DNA of 63,328 bases, the filler included, from Octopus bimaculoides (lineage: Eukaryota), in NCBI RefSeq assembly GCF_001194135.2. It is 5 parts of 5 records of this genome, joined end to end, with 100 filler letters (N's around TTAATTAATTAA, not from the genome) between each part and the next. Parts side by side here need not be neighbours in the genome. Positions count along the whole stretch, not along the records: positions 34,577 to 52,135 come from NC_069005.1; positions 52,236 to 60,068 come from NW_026378871.1; positions 60,169 to 63,328 come from NC_069007.1; 2 more parts are not named here. One strand, given 5' to 3'. Shown here one piece after another: positions 50,647 through 63,328 of this stretch (position 1 is the stretch's first letter; every line of letters begins with the position of its first letter). A program made the position numbers and the translations under genes. Under the pieces are notes generated by a model. That model did not search any database. It saw only the letters and a list, made by a program, of their open reading frames with translations, and had not been told where the DNA came from.

Positions 50647-52277
50647 NNNNNNNNNNNNNNNNNNNNNNNNNNNNNNNNNNNNNNNNNNNNNNNNNNNNNN
50701 NNNNNNNNNNNNNNNNNNNNNNNNNNNNNNNNNNNNNNNNNNNNNNNNNNNNNNNNNNNNNNNNNNNNNNNNNNNNNNNNNNNNNNNNNNNNNNNNNNNN
50801 NNNNNNNNNNNNNNNNNNNNNNNNNNNNNNNNNNNNNNNNNNNNNNNNNNNNNNNNNNNNNNNNNNNNNNNNNNNNNNNNNNNNNNNNNNNNNNNNNNNN
50901 NNNNNNNNNNNNNNNNNNNNNNNNNNNNNNNNNNNNNNNNNNNNNNNNNNNNNNNNNNNNNNNNNNNNNNNNNNNNNNNNNNNNNNNNNNNNNNNNNNNN
51001 NNNNNNNNNNNNNNNNNNNNNNNNNNNNNNNNNNNNNNNNNNNNNNNNNNNNNNNNNNNNNNNNNNNNNNNNNNNNNNNNNNNNNNNNNNNNNNNNNNNN
51101 NNNNNNNNNNNNNNNNNNNNNNNNNNNNNNNNNNNNNNNNNNNNNNNNNNNNNNNNNNNNNNNNNNNNNNNNNNNNNNNNNNNNNNNNNNNNNNNNNNNN
51201 NNNNNNNNNNNNNNNNNNNNNNNNNNNNNNNNNNNNNNNNNNNNNNNNNNNNNNNNNNNNNNNNNNNNNNNNNNNNNNNNNNNNNNNNNNNNNNNNNNNN
51301 NNNNNNNNNNNNNNNNNNNNNNNNNNNNNNNNNNNNNNNNNNNNNNNNNNNNNNNNNNNNNNNNNNNNNNNNNNNNNNNNNNNNNNNNNNNNNNNNNNNN
51401 NNNNNNNNNNNNNNNNNNNNNNNNNNNNNNNNNNNNNNNNNNNNNNNNNNNNNNNNNNNNNNNNNNNNNNNNNNNNNNNNNNNNNNNNNNNNNNNNNNNN
51501 NNNNNNNNNNNNNNNNNNNNNCGTACCTGCTAAATACACGCATGCATAGAATGTTAGTTTGAGTTCCGATTTAATTGGATGTATACATTCGGGTAAACTG
51601 AGACTACCTTAACAACAACATCCACCATTAACGCGACTCCAAAAACTCTTCTTAAATGTCATCCTGGACCCGTCAACCCAATCGTCGTCGCCGTCGTCGT
51701 CATCAACATCATCGTCGCCTCGTCGTCGGCGTTATCGTCATCATCCTCCACATCATCATCATCGTCGTCGTCATCGTTATCATCATCATCATCATCACCA
51801 TCATCATCAGCAGCATCATGGACGTCACTATTATCATCATCATCATCATCATCATCGTTGTCGTTTTTTGTCGTCATCAGCGTCGTCGACAACCGCAACA
51901 AACTCTGACATGCCAAACAACGTTGCCACCACCACCACCATCTCAGCTTTAAGTACACTTCGTTATTAGCGAAGTGTACTTAAAACAGAGATGCGTAACT
52001 TGAAGAATAATGGTATAAAAATTCATTGATGCATGGGACGTAGAAATATTTCCATTTCAAGCGGAGGTAGATTATTATCTGTCCCAAGAATTCACTGTCT
52101 TTTCTGTTTTCTTTCTTTTTTTTTTTTTTTTTTTTNNNNNNNNNNNNNNNNNNNNNNNNNNNNNNNNNNNNNNNNNNNNTTAATTAATTAANNNNNNNNN
52201 NNNNNNNNNNNNNNNNNNNNNNNNNNNNNNNNNNNATGGTCATGTAGGGGGTGTTGATATTGGTGGTGGTGGTGGTG

Positions 52278-52313
<36 letters not shown>

Positions 52314-52862
52314 GTGATGGTAGTGGTGGTGATGATAGGACATGTGGTAGTGGTTGTCGTAGTGGTAGTGGCCGTAGGGGGGAGCAGTAATAATGAGTGC
52401 ATAGTATAACCCTCTCAGTCACGGATAAAAAAAAGCAAAGCTACTTTTTCATTTTTATGTATCATTTATACCAAAATGCAGGTAAATAACCCGTATTGAG
52501 TACATTTTTAAGGAATTCAATATTGAATATGGTTTTCTTGCGTGGATAAATAGAAATTTTGCTAACACCAGGTAAAAAAAAACCAACCAATTTTCGTGAG
52601 ATTTACGAGAAAATGCAGCCATCTTTTATGACCTGTGATCAAACACTGAGTCAGAATCACGTGGTCTTGGTTATATATGCGTTTTTGAGGTAACCAGTGA
52701 ATTGGTAACTGTGACTCAGTGTACTTGTAATCTATTATTATTATTATTATTATTATTTTATTTGTAATTTATGCTGAAAATGAAAGACGACGACAGGTGA
52801 GGGGAAAAACACAAGCAGGTGTGTTAGTTAGTTTAACGCTCGGGAAGAATGGAGAAGTCTTT

Positions 52863-52890
52863 GACGTTTCGAGTCTATGCTCTTCGTCAG
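52863..52890 (-). ncRNA. Minimal hammerhead-ribozyme-like motif of Penelope-like terminal repeats
   Basis: CUGACGA-A-GAG(CAUAGA)CUC-GAAAC-GUC: core, stem II and GUC cleavage triplet present; stem I weak. Confidence 0.45.
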
Positions 52891-52997
52891 AACGGATTGA
52901 GAGGAAGGGGAAAATGTAGAAAGAGAACGAAAAAAAGAACGAAAGAGGAAAAAATGTGTAGGGATTAACGTATGTTTGTGTGTATGCGTGCACGTTC

Positions 52998-53028
<31 letters not shown>

Positions 53029-54449
53029 CGTATGTATGTATGTATGTATGTATGTATACAAAAATGAGCGAAAAGAAATATGTCTCAGGGAAGCCAGCAG
53101 CGTGACTATGGGGAATAAAGACACATAAAGCTTTATGAAATATTTTACATTATCAATCTTTGATTCGTTGCAATTATATCTCCTTGGAGCGATAGAGAAG
53201 AATAAACAAATACCTAGCGGCGACTGCGACCTACGCAGAACGTCAAGGGGAGATAATCTGCTGAACTACGAGCCTCTAACTATCCATCTATCTTATATAT
53301 ATNNNNNNNNNNNNNNNNNNNNNNNNNNNNNNNNNNNNNNNNNNNNNNNNNNNNNNNNNNNNNNNNNNNNNNNNNNNNNNNNNNNNNNNNNNNNNNNNNN
53401 NNNNNNNNNNNNNNNNNNNNNNNNNNNNNNNNNNNNNNNNNNNNNNNNNNNNNNNNNNNNNNNNNNNNNNNNNNNNNNNNNNNNNNNNNNNNNNNNNNNN
53501 NNNNNNNNNNNNNNNNNNNNNNNNNNNNNNNNNNNNNNNNNNNNNNNNNNNNNNNNNNNNNNNNNNNNNNNNNNNNNNNNNNNNNNNNNNNNNNNNNNNN
53601 NNNNNNNNNNNNNNNNNNNNNNNNNNNNNNNNNNNNNNNNNNNNNNNNNNNNNNNNNNNNNNNNNNNNNNNNNNNNNNNNNNNNNNNNNNNNNNNNNNNN
53701 NNNNNNNNNNNNNNNNNNNNNNNNNNNNNNNNNNNNNNNNNNNNNNNNNNNNNNNNNNNNNNNNNNNNNNNNNNNNNNNNNNNNNNNNNNNNNNNNNNNN
53801 NNNNNNNNNNNNNNNNNNNNNNNNNNNNNNNNNNNNNNNNNNNNNNNNNNNNNNNNNNNNNNNNNNNNNNNNNNNNNNNNNNNNNNNNNNNNNNNNNNNN
53901 NNNNNNNNNNNNNNNNNNNNNNNNNNNNNNNNNNNNNNNNNNNNNNNNNNNNNNNNNNNNNNNNNNNNNNNNNNNNNNNNNNNNNNNNNNNNNNNNNNNN
54001 NNNNNNNNNNNNNNNNNNNNNNNNNNNNNNNNNNNNNNNNNNNNNNNNNNNNNNNNNNNNNNNNNNNNNNNNNNNNNNNNNNNNNNNNNNNNNNNNNNNN
54101 NNNNNNNNNNNNNNNNNNNNNNNNNNNNNNNNNNNNNNNNNNNNNNNNNNNNNNNNNNNNNNNNNNNNNNNNNNNNNNNNNNNNNNNNNNNNNNNNNNNN
54201 NNNNNNNNNNNNNNNNNNNNNNNNNNNNNNNNNNNNNNNNNGGTGGTGGTGGTGGTGCTGCTGCTGCTGCTGATTATGGTGGTGGTGGTGGTGGTGGTAG
54301 TAGTGGTTGTGCTGGAAATTGTGCTGGTGGTGATTTGCATTGTAGTGGTGCTAGTGGTAATATTGGTGGTGGCAGTAGTGGTGGCCATCCTATGGTTGTG
54401 GTGGTAGTAGGGACGACGATGGTGCTGGTGCACGTATTCATCGGTGATG

Positions 54450-54480
<31 letters not shown>

Positions 54481-54613
54481 CGATGCCGAAAAGAAAACAA
54501 TAATAATAACAACATGCAGAAATCAATGGCGCATATCCCACCAATCTAAGGCATTATTCCAGGAGTAAAAAGCAGGTTTGACGTATGGTGGAACCAGTTT
54601 TTACATCCATGAG

Positions 54614-54651
<38 letters not shown>

Positions 54652-54709
54652 CATACATGAAGCACGTATGTATGTATGCATGTATGTATCTGTCTATCTA
54701 TGTTTCTCT

Positions 54710-54765
<56 letters not shown>

Positions 54766-55839
54766 NNNNNNNNNNNNNNNNNNNNNNNNNNNNNNNNNNN
54801 NNNNNNNNNNNNNNNNNNNNNNNNNNNNNNNNNNNNNNNNNNNNNNNNNNNNNNNNNNNNNNNNNNNNNNNNNNNNNNNNNNNNNNNNNNNNNNNNNNNN
54901 NNNNNNNNNNNNNNNNNNNNNNNNNNNNNNNNNNNNNNNNNNNNNNNNNNNNNNNNNNNNNNNNNNNNNNNNNNNNNNNNNNNNNNNNNNNNNNNNNNNN
55001 NNNNNNNNNNNNNNNNNNNNNNNNNNNNNNNNNNNNNNNNNNNNNNNNNNNNNNNNNNNNNNNNNNNNNNNNNNNNNNNNNNNNNNNNNNNNNNNNNNNN
55101 NNNNNNNNNNNNNNNNNNNNNNNNNNNNNNNNNNNNNNNNNNNNNNNNNNNNNNNNNNNNNNNNNNNNNNNNNNNNNNNNNNNNNNNNNNNNNNNNNNNN
55201 NNNNNNNNNNNNNNNNNNNNNNNNNNNNNNNNNNNNNNNNNNNNNNNNNNNNNNNNNNNNNNNNNNNNNNNNNNNNNNNNNNNNNNNNNNNNNNNNNNNN
55301 NNNNNNNNNNNNNNNNNNNNNNNNNNNNNNNNNNNNNNNNNNNNNNNNNNNNNNNNNNNNNNNNNNNNNNNNNNNNNNNNNNNNNNNNNNNNNNNNNNNN
55401 NNNNNNNNNNNNNNNNNNNNNNNNNNNNNNNNNNNNNNNNNNNNNNNNNNNNNNNNNNNNNNNNNNNNNNNNNNNNNNNNNNNNNNNNNNNNNNGTAGCT
55501 GATGAAAGAAAATGTTCTCTATGTGGCCTGTGTGTGTTCTGTACTCTGGTTATTATTATTTTCTTGTCTACGTTTTGTTTGCGATGTCCTGTACCCAGAT
55601 ATGCACCTATATATACAGGTAGACGTAGGTATGCACATACCTGTACGTATATATGCATATACTCATTTATTATTTGTTTTATATATATATATATATTGGA
55701 TCATCCCATAAATAATGCAGTTTCTTTTATATTTTTTAAAACAAAGACAAAGTTCTTTTTAAATCTAAAATATTCTCTCCTTCGTTTCCTACAAAGCTCT
55801 TCCATTTAGAAGACCCCTCTTGCAAAATTTACCTGTATG

Positions 55840-56716
55840 TGATGAGAGAGAGAGAGAGGGAAAGGCTGACAGACTGACATAAGGAGAGAGAGAGAGGGGC
55901 TGAGAGACTGACGTAAGGAGAGAGAGAGAGAGTGTGTGTGTGTGTGTGATAGATATAGAGACAGAAAGAGAGAGTGGAAAGCAAGAGAGATTGGGTGACA
56001 TAAGAAATAGAGAGAAAGGGAGAGAAAGATGCTGATAGAGAGACCTAAGGAGAGAGATTGAGAGATAGGATGCAGTGGAAGGGAGAGAGAGATCAGAGGG
56101 AGATTAAGGAACAGACGTAAGGATAGATAGAGAGGGAGAGACGATAGGGGAGATTGAGAGACTAAAGGATAGGTAGAGAGACGAAGAGAGAGAGAGAGAG
56201 AGACTAAAGGAAATAGGGAAAATGAAGACATAAGGACAGAGAGAGATCAAGACATTGATAGAGTGAGAGAGAGAGAGGGAGAGACAGGGAGAGACAGAGG
56301 GAGAGACAGGGAGAGACAGAGGGAGAGACAGGGAGAGACAGAGGGAGAGAGAGGGTGAGAAGGATTAATGACATAAGGTACAGAGCGAGAGAGAAAGAGA
56401 GAGGTTGAGGGGCATAAGAGTAAGAGAGGGAGAGATAAATAGAGAAAGAGAGAAAGAGAGAGAGAGGGGGGAGAAAGATTGAGCAACATAAGAACAGAGA
56501 GACAGAGTAAGAGAGAGGGAGATAAAGAAACAGAGAGAGAGAGAGAGATTGTGAGACATAAGAAGAAAGAGAGAGTAAGAAGGGTGAGAGAGGGGATGAT
56601 GGAGGGAGAGAAAGAAATTGAGAGAGAGAGATAAATAGAGAAATAGACAGAGAGAGAGGGAAATAGAAGAGAGGAAGATAAATAGAGTGAGCGAGAGGGA
56701 GAGGGAGAGAGAGGGT

Positions 56717-56756
<40 letters not shown>

Positions 56757-56757
56757 G
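55840..56757. repeat. ~900-bp polypurine (GA)-rich tract with recurrent acataag-like motif
   Basis: Seen directly. Confidence 0.9.
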
Positions 56758-56823
56758 AAAGCGTAGGTAGTTTCGCCGTTCACTAATTAAACGTATGACA
56801 CAGACCTAATTACTATGGCTCTT

Positions 56824-56897
56824 GTTACCATGGCGACCGATCTGTACACCGGAAGTGCTTCCAACCTAAAATGATGCACATTCATTTCTGCCATGTT
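56824..56897. promoter_or_regulatory. Candidate promoter: RFX X-box, ETS and YY1-like motifs
   Basis: GTTACCATGGCGAC (56824-56837; 13/14 to GTTRCCATGGYAAC), ACCGGAAGTG (56848-56857) and TGCCATGTT (56889-56897) in a short unique island. Confidence 0.4.
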
Positions 56898-59303
56898 GGT
56901 TTTTGTATAATTGTTCTGCGTGATCATGATGATGATGATGATGATGATGATAGTGGTGGTGGTGGTGGTGGTGGTGATGTGANNNNNNNNNNNNNNNNNN
57001 NNNNNNNNNNNNNNNNNNNNNNNNNNNNNNNNNNNNNNNNNNNNNNNNNNNNNNNNNNNNNNNNNNNNNNNNNNNNNNNNNNNNNNNNNNNNNNNNNNNN
57101 NNNNNNNNNNNNNNNNNNNNNNNNNNNNNNNNNNNNNNNNNNNNNNNNNNNNNNNNNNNNNNNNNNNNNNNNNNNNNNNNNNNNNNNNNNNNNNNNNNNN
57201 NNNNNNNNNNNNNNNNNNNNNATATATATATATATATAATGCACTCAATATATATATATACAATAATATTTTTGCATATATACGAAGAGAAACAGACAGA
57301 CAGAGCGAGTGAGAGTGCGATAGATATTGGAATATAAACATATATATATTGTTGTTCTTTATCTGACAATATACAAAATATAGTGACCCGGATTACCATG
57401 CTTGTCTATGTTCATTGACCTAGAAATGATAAGTGTACAATAATACGCAGAGCAAATATATTATATTCGTACCATTTTGTTTTCTTTCGGCCGCTGACAA
57501 AAACTTCATATGAACGTACGTGTGTGTAAAAAATTATAGTACTAAATGTTACATCGTTATGAATCACCTGAACATATTGTGATGCGAAAGAGACCAGGAT
57601 AAAAGCCTCAACATCGTCACATGGTGACACTTTTTCTTCGTCTTAAATGTTGTGCGACGTGTCTATGCACAGACGTATTTCGTATTAGCTATGCTCTTTC
57701 TTTTGTCTCTTTTCCATTCTCCATTTTTCTACTCGAACTCAGTGGAGTCAGACACCGTCCATCTCCCAATGGAGAATATTCCATTGAATATTTTCAATCG
57801 TTGCTTGCATGGGACAAAGAGACCCTACCCTCCGTGTTCCTCGCAAGGTAGAGATACATTAACCTTATTCTCACTCGCGTCTGTTCTATACATTATGAAA
57901 TTCTGGCGGCCATCTTAAAAGCATAGATGTTAAAACGCTTTAATACCTTCAGAAAAAAATTCGTAACATGGTCTTTATTTCTTTAAAAAGTTTCCCTTGC
58001 AAACGAATGTGTCTCGTAAGAATCCCACAATATCTTTGCAACAGGTCCACCTCTGTGTGATGCCATAATCGTTTCTTTTTGTTTTCTGGGGTTTTTTTTA
58101 TTATCCTCTACTTCTTTCAAACATTGGAATACGACCATGCTGGGGCACCAACTTGAAGCATTTTAGTCGAGCGTATTGACGCCTGGGAATTTTTTTTTCT
58201 TTCAAGCCTGGTACTTATTTTATCACCGACTTTCGCCGAACCGCTAAGTTACGAGGATGAAAACACACCACCACCACCACTACGTGTTAATCGGAGGTGG
58301 GTGGAACAAACACAGACATAACAACATACACACACACACACACATATATATATATATGGCTCAGTAGCTAGAGCGTCAGGCGCACAATCACGAGGTAGTG
58401 AGATCGATTCCCGGACCGGGTTCTGTATTCTGCTCTCTTCTTGAGCAAGACATTTAATTTCACGTTGCTTCAGTTAACTCAGCTGTAGAAATGAGTTGCG
58501 ACATCACTGGTGCCAAGCTGTATCGGCCCCTTTGCCTTTCCTTTGTATAACATCGGAAGCGTGAAGAGGGGAAGCTGTTGTTTTTGTTATAGGGAAAACA
58601 GGTAGGCTTATAGTGCTCCCTACTGAAGTATCATTATTATGTTTTCCTTTATTTTATGTACGTTATGCATCTATCAAACGCTATCACGCTTTGGTACTTT
58701 AAGAAAAATGCTTCATACCGAGAGATTTCACGTTTTTTAAGTACACTTGCAGACGATGTTGTTTCGTTCGAATTCACCAGTTTCTTTTCACCAACAACGT
58801 GTATGCGCAGCCATCGTCGTCATATTCGTTTATTTTCGTGTTTGTTATGTAATAATTTTCGTTGAAATATCATTATCCTTTTTCAATTTTAAACTGTTTA
58901 TTTGTTTGTGTGTTCTTAATGTTAGCTTTAGCTATTGTTTTTTATTTCTCTGTTTGGGAGAAGTTTTTTTTCTGTTCAACTTAATTTCTTCTGGAGGGGG
59001 TACGGTTCCTGCGTAACGGGAAGCTATTATTGACTCGGAGTTATAATGTGGGAGAAAAAAAAAATGGGAGAATTTCATTCTTTATTAATTAAAAAAAAAA
59101 AAGGAAAACGAGACCTTGTTATTTCACCCGGTGAATTCCCTAAAATATGCAATAAAGGGTGCCAGTGTGAAATAAAATACAAAATGAAGATTAATTCTTT
59201 TAGTTGTGCTGCGCAAAAATTCTTCAAGAAATCTCGGAGCAAAATTAATTTTAGACACGTCTGAACGAGTCAGTTGCAAAAACGGATGATGAAGATGATG
59301 GTG

Positions 59304-59335
<32 letters not shown>

Positions 59336-59442
59336 GATGATGATAATGACAATAGCGGTTCAAAAAACAGGGATGATAATAATAATAACCCTAACAACAA
59401 CAACAACAAGAATATTTGTAATCATAATCCGTTCTACTGTAA

Positions 59443-59640
59443 GCACAAGGCCTAGAATTTGAGAAAAGAGATTAAGTCGATTACATCGACCCCAGTGCGT
59501 AACTGGTACTTATTTAATCGACCCCGAAAGGATGAAAGGCAAGGTAGATCTCAGCGGAATTTGAACTCAGAACATAAAGACGGTCGAAGTACCGCTAAGC
59601 ATTTCGCCCGGCGCGCTAACGATTCTGCCAGCTCTGCCGC
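59443..59640 (-). mobile_element. SINE family 2 with a gtcgactttgcctttcatcctttcggggtcgataaa-agtaccag core
   Basis: Multi-copy: also 45165-45245 (-), 45270-45450 (-), 45850-45975 (+), 60430-60575 (+) and 60607-60755 (+). The core resembles the MetaSINE-type domain (from memory, unverified). Confidence 0.7.
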
Positions 59641-59696
59641 TTTTAATGATAATATTAATAATAATAATAATAATGATAATAATAATAATAATAATC

Positions 59697-59732
<36 letters not shown>

Positions 59733-62169
59733 TTTTGTCTTGGTATAAAGGATGGGTTTGCAGCAAATATTCTGCTCAATGCCACAGATTTGCCTGTCAA
59801 TTGCTTGACCTTATCCAGTCGAGCATGTCCCTTGGTGGCTGACGATATGTGCATCTCTGATCATGAGCAGAAGTAGTGGGGGAGCATCATAGCCATGTGT
59901 TGAGAGGAATTCTTTGGGGTTTGAATAATTCACCTTTGGAAACATGGGTGTTTTGCTCAACATCCTTAAACGAACCTTATTCAGGGATCTTTTGAGCGGA
60001 ATGGGCTACTCGACCTGCAGAAAATTCTAACTAGGCCCCACCTGCGAGGTCATGCGCTGTTTATCTTGNNNNNNNNNNNNNNNNNNNNNNNNNNNNNNNN
60101 NNNNNNNNNNNNTTAATTAATTAANNNNNNNNNNNNNNNNNNNNNNNNNNNNNNNNNNNNNNNNNNNNATCCAAGACGTCACACGCCACCCCGCAAGACT
60201 TAGAGTAGCTCACACTACACCTTACCTCACCAACCTTAAAATACATCCGCCACCACACACCGCAACAGTAGCATTTGAATATTCTAGGCACTACACACGC
60301 CACCCTACAACCCCATCCACTTAATATACCCAAGACGTCACTAAGCTCCATAATACCCTTAAAATAGCTATTACACACCACTACCCTTAAATACTTTGGT
60401 TACTACACAACCGCAATACCCTTAGAATACTTAGCGGCATTTCATCTTCTGCATTCAGGTGCCGCTCGAAGTCGACTTTGTCTTTCATCTTTTACGTACC
60501 AGTTGTGTACTGGGGTCGAGATAATCGACTATCCGCCTCCCCCAAAATTTCAGGCCTTGTGCCTATAGTAGAAAGGACTATTATTATTATTATCATTGTT
60601 ATTATTATGGTGATCTGGCAGAATAGTTAGTAAGATTGCAAAATGCTTGGCGGCATTTCGTTCGTCTTTTTGTTCTGATTTCAAATTTCGACTTTACCTT
60701 TCATCATTTCAGGGTCGATAAAATAAGTACCAGCTGAGTACTGGGGTCGATGTACCCTTAAAATTCTCTAGCAACACCCTTAATAATTCTTCGTCAGTAT
60801 CAGTAGCAGTAAGAACAACAGCAACAATAATAACAACAATAATGGGAGTCTTTTGTAGTCTGAGAAAGACGGTTTTGGGAAATTCTTGCTCAAAAACCTG
60901 CACAAATCATTTGTTTATTGTGATCAAATGTTGGTGGCGCACATTATCTCACTCTCTCCATCAAATTGATGTTGTCTGAACAGGTGCACAGTGTACCACG
61001 TGTCAGGTGTTGAAATGACATAATACGTATACATATAAAGATATATATTGATAAATCATAGGGCAGCAAAAAAAATTTTAGAAATTTAATTTTTACCACC
61101 AGTGGTCCAGCGAGAATAAAAATTAGTCAATAGACTATATATTATTCATTTAAAATACAGAGATGCCTATAATAGGACCAAAATATTTTTTTTATTTTGC
61201 TAAAATAGCTTGAAACCATGGTACGGAAAATAGATTGGTAAATGTTTTTATTTTTCATTCCCTTTCGAAATTATCCCTATTTTTGTGGTATAGAGTATTT
61301 TGCTGCTCTTTCTAGCGGGTTAGATGTCTTATTATAGGCATCTCTGTATTTTAAATGAATATAAAGATATATATATATATATATATATANNNNNNNNNNN
61401 NNNNNNNNNNNNNNNNNNNNNNNNNNNNNNNNNNNNNNNNNNNNNNNNNNNNNNNNNNNNNNNNNNNNNNNNNNNNNNNNNNNNNTATATACATACATAC
61501 AGGATGTCCACAAAGTCTGGGTACATGGGGATTGACACATACTTTAAGAAATTATTATTTCTTATACTTAATTATGTTATGATTTTATTTACTCCATGTG
61601 GCCACCAACACTACTACCCACACCAACACCATTACCCCACAGCCACTACTCCACCCCGCTACCCCCGCTACCCCTACCGCTACTACCACCATGATCACCA
61701 ACTCGATCATCACAACCATCATCAACATAATCATCACCACCATCACAATCACCATCATCACTGCCATCACCATCAACATCACCATCAACATTACTATCAT
61801 CACCACCACCACCGCCACCCGCACCATCTGAACTACCCTGACTACGTCACATCCACAGCAAAACCGTAAAGGCGCCCTTGTTAAACACGCACCACAACCT
61901 GACCTTTGACATAACTTAGGGTGAACTCACAACACTGACACTCACTACATAGGTGTGGCGCTGTTGTAGCATCACGTGCTGTGGCAATACCTCACAACCT
62001 CACCTTAAGAGTACCCAGGGTACCATAACGCACCCCTCCACGCCATACNNNNNNNNNNACGCCATACAACGCAATTATCGATTATACCGGAGGTGAAATC
62101 ACTTCCCCACCCCCTTTACATGTCATTCTGGTGAGGAATTCAAGAAAAGATGGAAAAAAAAAGTAATTA

Positions 62170-62362
62170 ATTGAATGAAATTAGGAAGACGACGAAGAAG
62201 ATGGTGATGATGATGATGATGACGATGGTGGTGGTTATGGTGATGATGATGGTGGTGGTGGTGATGATGATGATGATGATGATGATGACGATGACGATGA
62301 TGGTGAAGTTGATGACGACGATGGTGGTGCTTATGGTGATGATGGTGGTGGTGGTGGCGGTG

Positions 62363-62393
<31 letters not shown>

Positions 62394-63075
62394 CGGTAGT
62401 GGTGGAGATGATGATGGTGATGATGACTGTAATGATGATGATGATGACGATAGGAATGGGAATGATGATGATGAGGATGACGATGATGATGAAGATGATG
62501 ATGATGACGATGACGATGATGGTGAAGATGATGATGATAATGATAATGATGGTGATGATGCTGGTGATGACAATATCCTCTTCCTAGCAAACACACATTT
62601 ACGTACACACGTGCAAGCATGCATACACACGATATGATGACGATGACGACAGTGGGTATGATGATGCTGACAGCGGCGACGACGAGGATGAAGAGAAAGA
62701 TGATGACAATCAAAATGATGATTACGGCGATGAGTATGATGGTGATGATGATGACGATGAAGATGATGGTGATGAAGATGATGGTGATGATGATGATGGT
62801 GGTGGTGGTGGTGGTGGTGGTGGTGGTGATGAATAATAATGATGATGATGGTGATTATGATGGCGATGATAATACTGATGAAGAGTTAAGAATGGTGCTG
62901 CTGCTTCTGCTGCTGCTGCTGATGTCGGTGATGTTGACGAGGCTGATGATGACAGCAACGACGACGAGAATTATGGTGATGACGGCGATGTTAATGTTGA
63001 TGACGACGACGACGACAACGATAACGATCATGAATATTATTCATAATAATAATAATAATGATAATGATGATGACG

Positions 63076-63109
<34 letters not shown>

Positions 63110-63159
63110 TAATAATGATAATAATAATAATAATGATAATAATAATAATAATGATAATA

Positions 63160-63190
<31 letters not shown>

Positions 63191-63248
63191 TGATAATAAT
63201 AATAATGATAATGATAATGATGATGATAATGATAATAATAATAATAAC

Positions 63249-63280
<32 letters not shown>

Positions 63281-63285
63281 TAATA

Positions 63286-63316
<31 letters not shown>

Positions 63317-63328
63317 TGATAATAATAA
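62170..63328. repeat. (GAT/GGT)n then (AAT)n trinucleotide low-complexity block
   Basis: Seen directly. Confidence 0.95.

Noticed and set aside
60169-60430. Telomere-like C-rich repeats (acccttaaa)
   Set aside because: Not (CCCTAA)n; a degenerate C/A-rich minisatellite.

Overview
AT-rich, repeat-dominated animal genomic DNA, most likely a coleoid cephalopod (Octopus sp.; inferred from the SINE/RTE repeat families and the heavy microsatellite load). The window is five scaffold pieces joined by four identical 100-bp linkers (44 N + TTAATTAATTAA + 44 N), so long-range gene context across 8.3, 34.5, 52.2 and 60.1 kb is not guaranteed. Host coding sequence is sparse: one clear CFAP52/WDR16 exon (19247-19383, +), a C3HC4 RING exon (5336-5475, -) inside a phase-consistent candidate exon chain, and a few weaker candidate exons. 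The rest is transposons: a decayed mariner, a decayed Penelope-like element, RTE and CR1-type LINE fragments, three SINE families, a Helentron-like MITE and microsatellites. The most unusual part is 19.6-32.2 kb, just downstream of the CFAP52 exon. It holds a solo LTR, a full-length but disrupted Ty3/Gypsy element (22456-29031, TSD GTTT) and a non-coding composite LTR element (29407-32160, TSD GGTC). The composite carries a repeated and extended tRNA-Trp primer-binding region, a ~295-bp fold-back, and a tandem of a second LTR family whose PBS-to-PPT interior is only 113 bp. All three LTR families share TGTA..TACA termini; each intact insertion has a 4-bp TSD, and every internal region present has a tRNA-Trp-type PBS. 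No CRISPR, rRNA or bona fide tRNA genes were found.
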